Positions 60,926 to 64,000 of a stretch of 64,000 bases of DNA are shown piece by piece. Source of the stretch: Eledone cirrhosa (Eukaryota). A program made the position numbers and the translations under genes. The first letter of the stretch is position 1. Every line of letters starts with the position of its first letter. The notes beneath the pieces were generated by a model. The model worked only from the letters and a program-made list of their open reading frames with translations, did not search any database and had not been told where the DNA came from. The DNA is taken from contig OZ024745.1 of NCBI GenBank assembly GCA_964016885.1, positions 12,462,001-12,526,000 of the forward strand, written 5' to 3'.

Positions 60926-63686
60926 TTGCCTCCCCTTAACAACCCTTCAGGGAAGGGAGGCAAAAATACAGCCGGACACAGCCACAGATTTTCTCCACCA
61001 TTTTTCCTTGTTGGTGGACATTCGCAGACAACGCCTTGTTGATGCTGAAACAGGCCTTTCTTTCGAGGGTTCAGAGCCGGACGTCGCCACCGTCAGCCCT
61101 TCCTTTTTCTTGGCTGAAGTGGGCAACCAGTATCAAAGCCTGCTGCATTCATTCCCTCAGTTGACGCAGGGAAAGTTACGAATAACTAGCCCGGACCATG
61201 CGATTGAACACTTCATATCCACTACAGGTCCACCTGTTTTCTCACGTCCTCGAAGATTGTCTACAGAGAAGTTGAAAGCTGCACGTCTTGAATTCGACCA
61301 CATGCTGGAATTGGGAATAATTCGGCGCTCCACAAGTCCTTGGGCATCGCCTCTGCATATGGTACCTAGATCTTCTGGGGATTGGAGACCGACGGGTGAC
61401 TACCGACGCTTAAACGCAATTACTGTGCCTGACCGTTATCCAATCCCGCATTTGCAGGATTTTGCGTCGTCATTGCAGGGTTGCAGAATCTTTTCTAAGC
61501 TTGATTTGATCCGCGCTTATAACCAAATTCCGGTTAACGAGGAGGATATCCCAAAGACTGCTATTGCCACTCCTTTCGGATCGTTCGAGTTCCTCACTAT
61601 GCCTTTCGGCCTTAGAAACGCTGCAAGTACCTTCCAACGATTTATGGATGATATTACTCGGGGCCTGGATTTTGTGTACACGTATATCGACGACGTGTTG
61701 ATTGCTAGTTCTTCCCCTCAGCAGCATTCAAAGCATCTGGATCTCGTATTTCGTCGTTTACAGATCTATAATGTTCGAATTAATGCTTCCAAGTGTGTTT
61801 TCGGCTCGACTTCACTAACATTTTTAGGCCATCTGATTGACGCCGATGGTATTCGACCTCTTCCTGAGAAGGTTAAGGCAGTATCGGATTTGCCTCCGCC
61901 AAGTTCACTGCGTCAATTGCGTCAATTCCTGGGCCTTGTAAATTTTTATAGGCGATTTGTACCTGGTTGTTCCAAATTGCTGTCCTCGTTGACAGAGATT
62001 TTTAAGGGTTGCCCGCGTAAGAATATGGACATTTCCTTAAATGAAACGCAGCTTGATGATTTTAAAAAAGTGAAAAAGGCGTTAGCGAACGCGTCTTTGC
62101 TCGCCCACCCAGTACCCAACGCCGAGCTATCGCTCTGTGTTGATGCTTCGGACAGCGCCGTGGGCGCAGTCTTACAGCAGAAGGGTGATGGGGTACAGCA
62201 ACCACTCGAGTTCTTTTCGAGGAAGTTAAAGCCTGCAGAAACTCGCTATAGCACCTTTGGAAGGGAGCTATTAGCAATTTATTTATCAGTGAAACATTTT
62301 GCTCATGTACTTGAAGGTAGAACATTCACCATTTTCACTGATCATAAACCCTTGACGTTTGCTCTTCGAACTAAGGCAGACAAATACTCGCCCAGAGAAA
62401 CGAGACATCTGGACTTCATCTCACAGTTCACGAACGACATTCAACATATTCCGGGTTCTTTGAATACAGCGGCCGATGCGCTGTCTCGCCTGCCGATCGC
62501 ATCGATTTCGTCTTCCGAGGAGATAGATTTACATCGAATGGCAGCTGCCCAACCCACTCTCGAATCGTTGGATGTTACATCGCCAGAGTTTGTACATTGC
62601 AAACTGAAATACATTCCGATCTCAACTGCTGACGGACAGATACTGTGTGATGTTTCGTTGGACTCACCACGACCTCTAGTCCCAGTGGAACATCGACGAA
62701 CTGCGTTTCTCGCTTTACATGGCATTTCTCACCCAGGAGTATCAGCCTCAGTAAAACTCATAACAGCCAGATTTTTCTGGCCTGGTATGAGACGTGACAT
62801 TGCTGCTTGGTGTCGTTCCTGTGTCGCTTGCCAACAAGCGAAAGTTCATAGACATGTTAAGGCTCCTCTCGGAACCTTCACCTGCCCCGATGCAAGATTT
62901 CGTCACATTCATGTGGACATCGTCGGCCCGTGGCCGGTTAGACGTGGTTTTTCGTATCTTTTGACGATTGTTGACCGTTTTTCGCGTTGGCCTGAAGCCG
63001 TCCCTATAACAGATATCACCGCCGAAACCACAGCCCGTACCCTCGTATCTTCGTGGATCGCTCGTTTCGGTGTACCAACCACCATAACAACAGATCGTGG
63101 TCGTCAATTCGAGTCTAACCTCTTCCGAGAGCTAACCCAAATCCTGGGGGCTACTCGAATAAGAACCACGGCTTACCACCCAGCCTCAAACGGAATGGTG
63201 GAAAGATTCCACAGGCAGCTCAAAGCCTCCTTAAGGGCTTCCATGAACTCTTCACGTTGGAGCGAGTACCTACCCATTGTATTGTTGGGTATTCGGTCGA
63301 CGGTAAAGGTGGACCTTGGGTTCTCCTCTGCCGAATTAGTTTATGGTACGCCTCTGGCGTTACCGGGGCAAATGCTGGCCCCTTTTGACCTGACTTCGCA
63401 GGACCCCGCTTCCTACGTGTCCCGGCTTCACTCTTATTTCAAGGATCTACCACCGATGGGCACTAGGAAGCAGACTGTAAAAACTGCCGTCCCAAGGGAT
63501 ATTGCCTTGTGGACACATGTGTTCGTTAGAGACGACGCCGTGAGACCCCCTCTTCAACGGCCGTACTCTGGACCCTATCGTGTGCTTGCTCGCACAGACA
63601 AACATTTCACACTGGACATTCGGGGTTCCAGGGAAACGGTTTCTGTTGATCGTCTCAAACGAGCAAACTGGACAATGACACAATGA
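60912..63686 (+). CDS. Gypsy Pol (RT, RNase H, integrase); N-terminus chimeric with flanking DNA
   Basis: [44 protein letters not shown] (VDIVG, TDRG, MVERFH) and GPY. Confidence 0.93.
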   Translation: MVASSCLPLTTLQGREAKIQPDTATDFLHHFSLLVDIRRQRLVDAETGLSFEGSEPDVATVSPSFFLAEVGNQYQSLLHSFPQLTQGKLRITSPDHAIEHFISTTGPPVFSRPRRLSTEKLKAARLEFDHMLELGIIRRSTSPWASPLHMVPRSSGDWRPTGDYRRLNAITVPDRYPIPHLQDFASSLQGCRIFSKLDLIRAYNQIPVNEEDIPKTAIATPFGSFEFLTMPFGLRNAASTFQRFMDDITRGLDFVYTYIDDVLIASSSPQQHSKHLDLVFRRLQIYNVRINASKCVFGSTSLTFLGHLIDADGIRPLPEKVKAVSDLPPPSSLRQLRQFLGLVNFYRRFVPGCSKLLSSLTEIFKGCPRKNMDISLNETQLDDFKKVKKALANASLLAHPVPNAELSLCVDASDSAVGAVLQQKGDGVQQPLEFFSRKLKPAETRYSTFGRELLAIYLSVKHFAHVLEGRTFTIFTDHKPLTFALRTKADKYSPRETRHLDFISQFTNDIQHIPGSLNTAADALSRLPIASISSSEEIDLHRMAAAQPTLESLDVTSPEFVHCKLKYIPISTADGQILCDVSLDSPRPLVPVEHRRTAFLALHGISHPGVSASVKLITARFFWPGMRRDIAAWCRSCVACQQAKVHRHVKAPLGTFTCPDARFRHIHVDIVGPWPVRRGFSYLLTIVDRFSRWPEAVPITDITAETTARTLVSSWIARFGVPTTITTDRGRQFESNLFRELTQILGATRIRTTAYHPASNGMVERFHRQLKASLRASMNSSRWSEYLPIVLLGIRSTVKVDLGFSSAELVYGTPLALPGQMLAPFDLTSQDPASYVSRLHSYFKDLPPMGTRKQTVKTAVPRDIALWTHVFVRDDAVRPPLQRPYSGPYRVLARTDKHFTLDIRGSRETVSVDRLKRANWTMTQ

Positions 63687-63810
63687 CACTTGAAACTCAA
63701 ATGCCCCCCTCTTTTTCTTTGCCACACAGGCCTATTTCTTCCCCTCCCCCACCATCAACACACAGAACCACGACCCGTTCTGGGCGAAGGGTGCATTGGC
63801 CCCGTAAGCT
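60980..63810 (+). mobile_element. Ty3/Gypsy LTR-retrotransposon pol, 5'-truncated, no LTR evident
   Basis: RT-RNase H-integrase order. The TRSGRRV tail lies in another frame after 63686. Confidence 0.95.
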
Positions 63811-64000
63811 ATGCAGTAATATAAACTGAATTGTATTTTTTTTTTGTTTGTTTGTTTGTTTTGTTTTGTTATTTTTTTCCTTCCAATTGTTTTTGTTGTA
63901 CATTGCATTTTGTTACCTTTGGATTCTTGACTGCCTACGGCAGTGTCAATATATTATATTTTGCGTAACATTACGACTGTTGTCAATTCTGACACAGTCC

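Overview
Repeat-rich, AT-rich animal genomic DNA. The tandem C2H2 '[10 protein letters not shown]' zinc-finger style, the SINE families and the microsatellites suggest an octopus or related cephalopod (inference). Host genes: the last two exons of a PLP-dependent Ser/Thr dehydratase/racemase-family gene (+, 1099-1200 and 2431-2574), and a minus-strand tandem pair of C2H2 zinc-finger genes (an open 10-finger ORF at 41966-42892 and a decayed paralog near 37.6-38.1 kb). Most of the rest is mobile DNA: RTE, CR1/L2 and Tx1 LINEs, two tRNA-derived SINE families, a Penelope-like element with hammerhead ribozymes, hAT, mariner, piggyBac-like and Helitron-like pieces, and a Gypsy pol. The most striking structure is a 30,861-bp segment (3554-34414). 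It has perfect 27-bp terminal inverted repeats (GGCACTACAACGCTATTAGCTGTCAGT), shared subterminal inverted motifs and an exact 8-bp target-site duplication (AAGAAACT), which looks like a giant Merlin-type composite transposon. Its cargo includes a palindromic E2F/CHR-like promoter, an apparently spliced minus-strand gene (NLS-like microexon plus duplicated acidic exons), telomere-like hexamer arrays in homologous inverted flanks, a ~1-kb higher-order satellite and a foldback palindrome. Also notable: five of six RTE copies share an in-frame TGA at the same codon. All calls come from reading the sequence by eye; no database searches were run.
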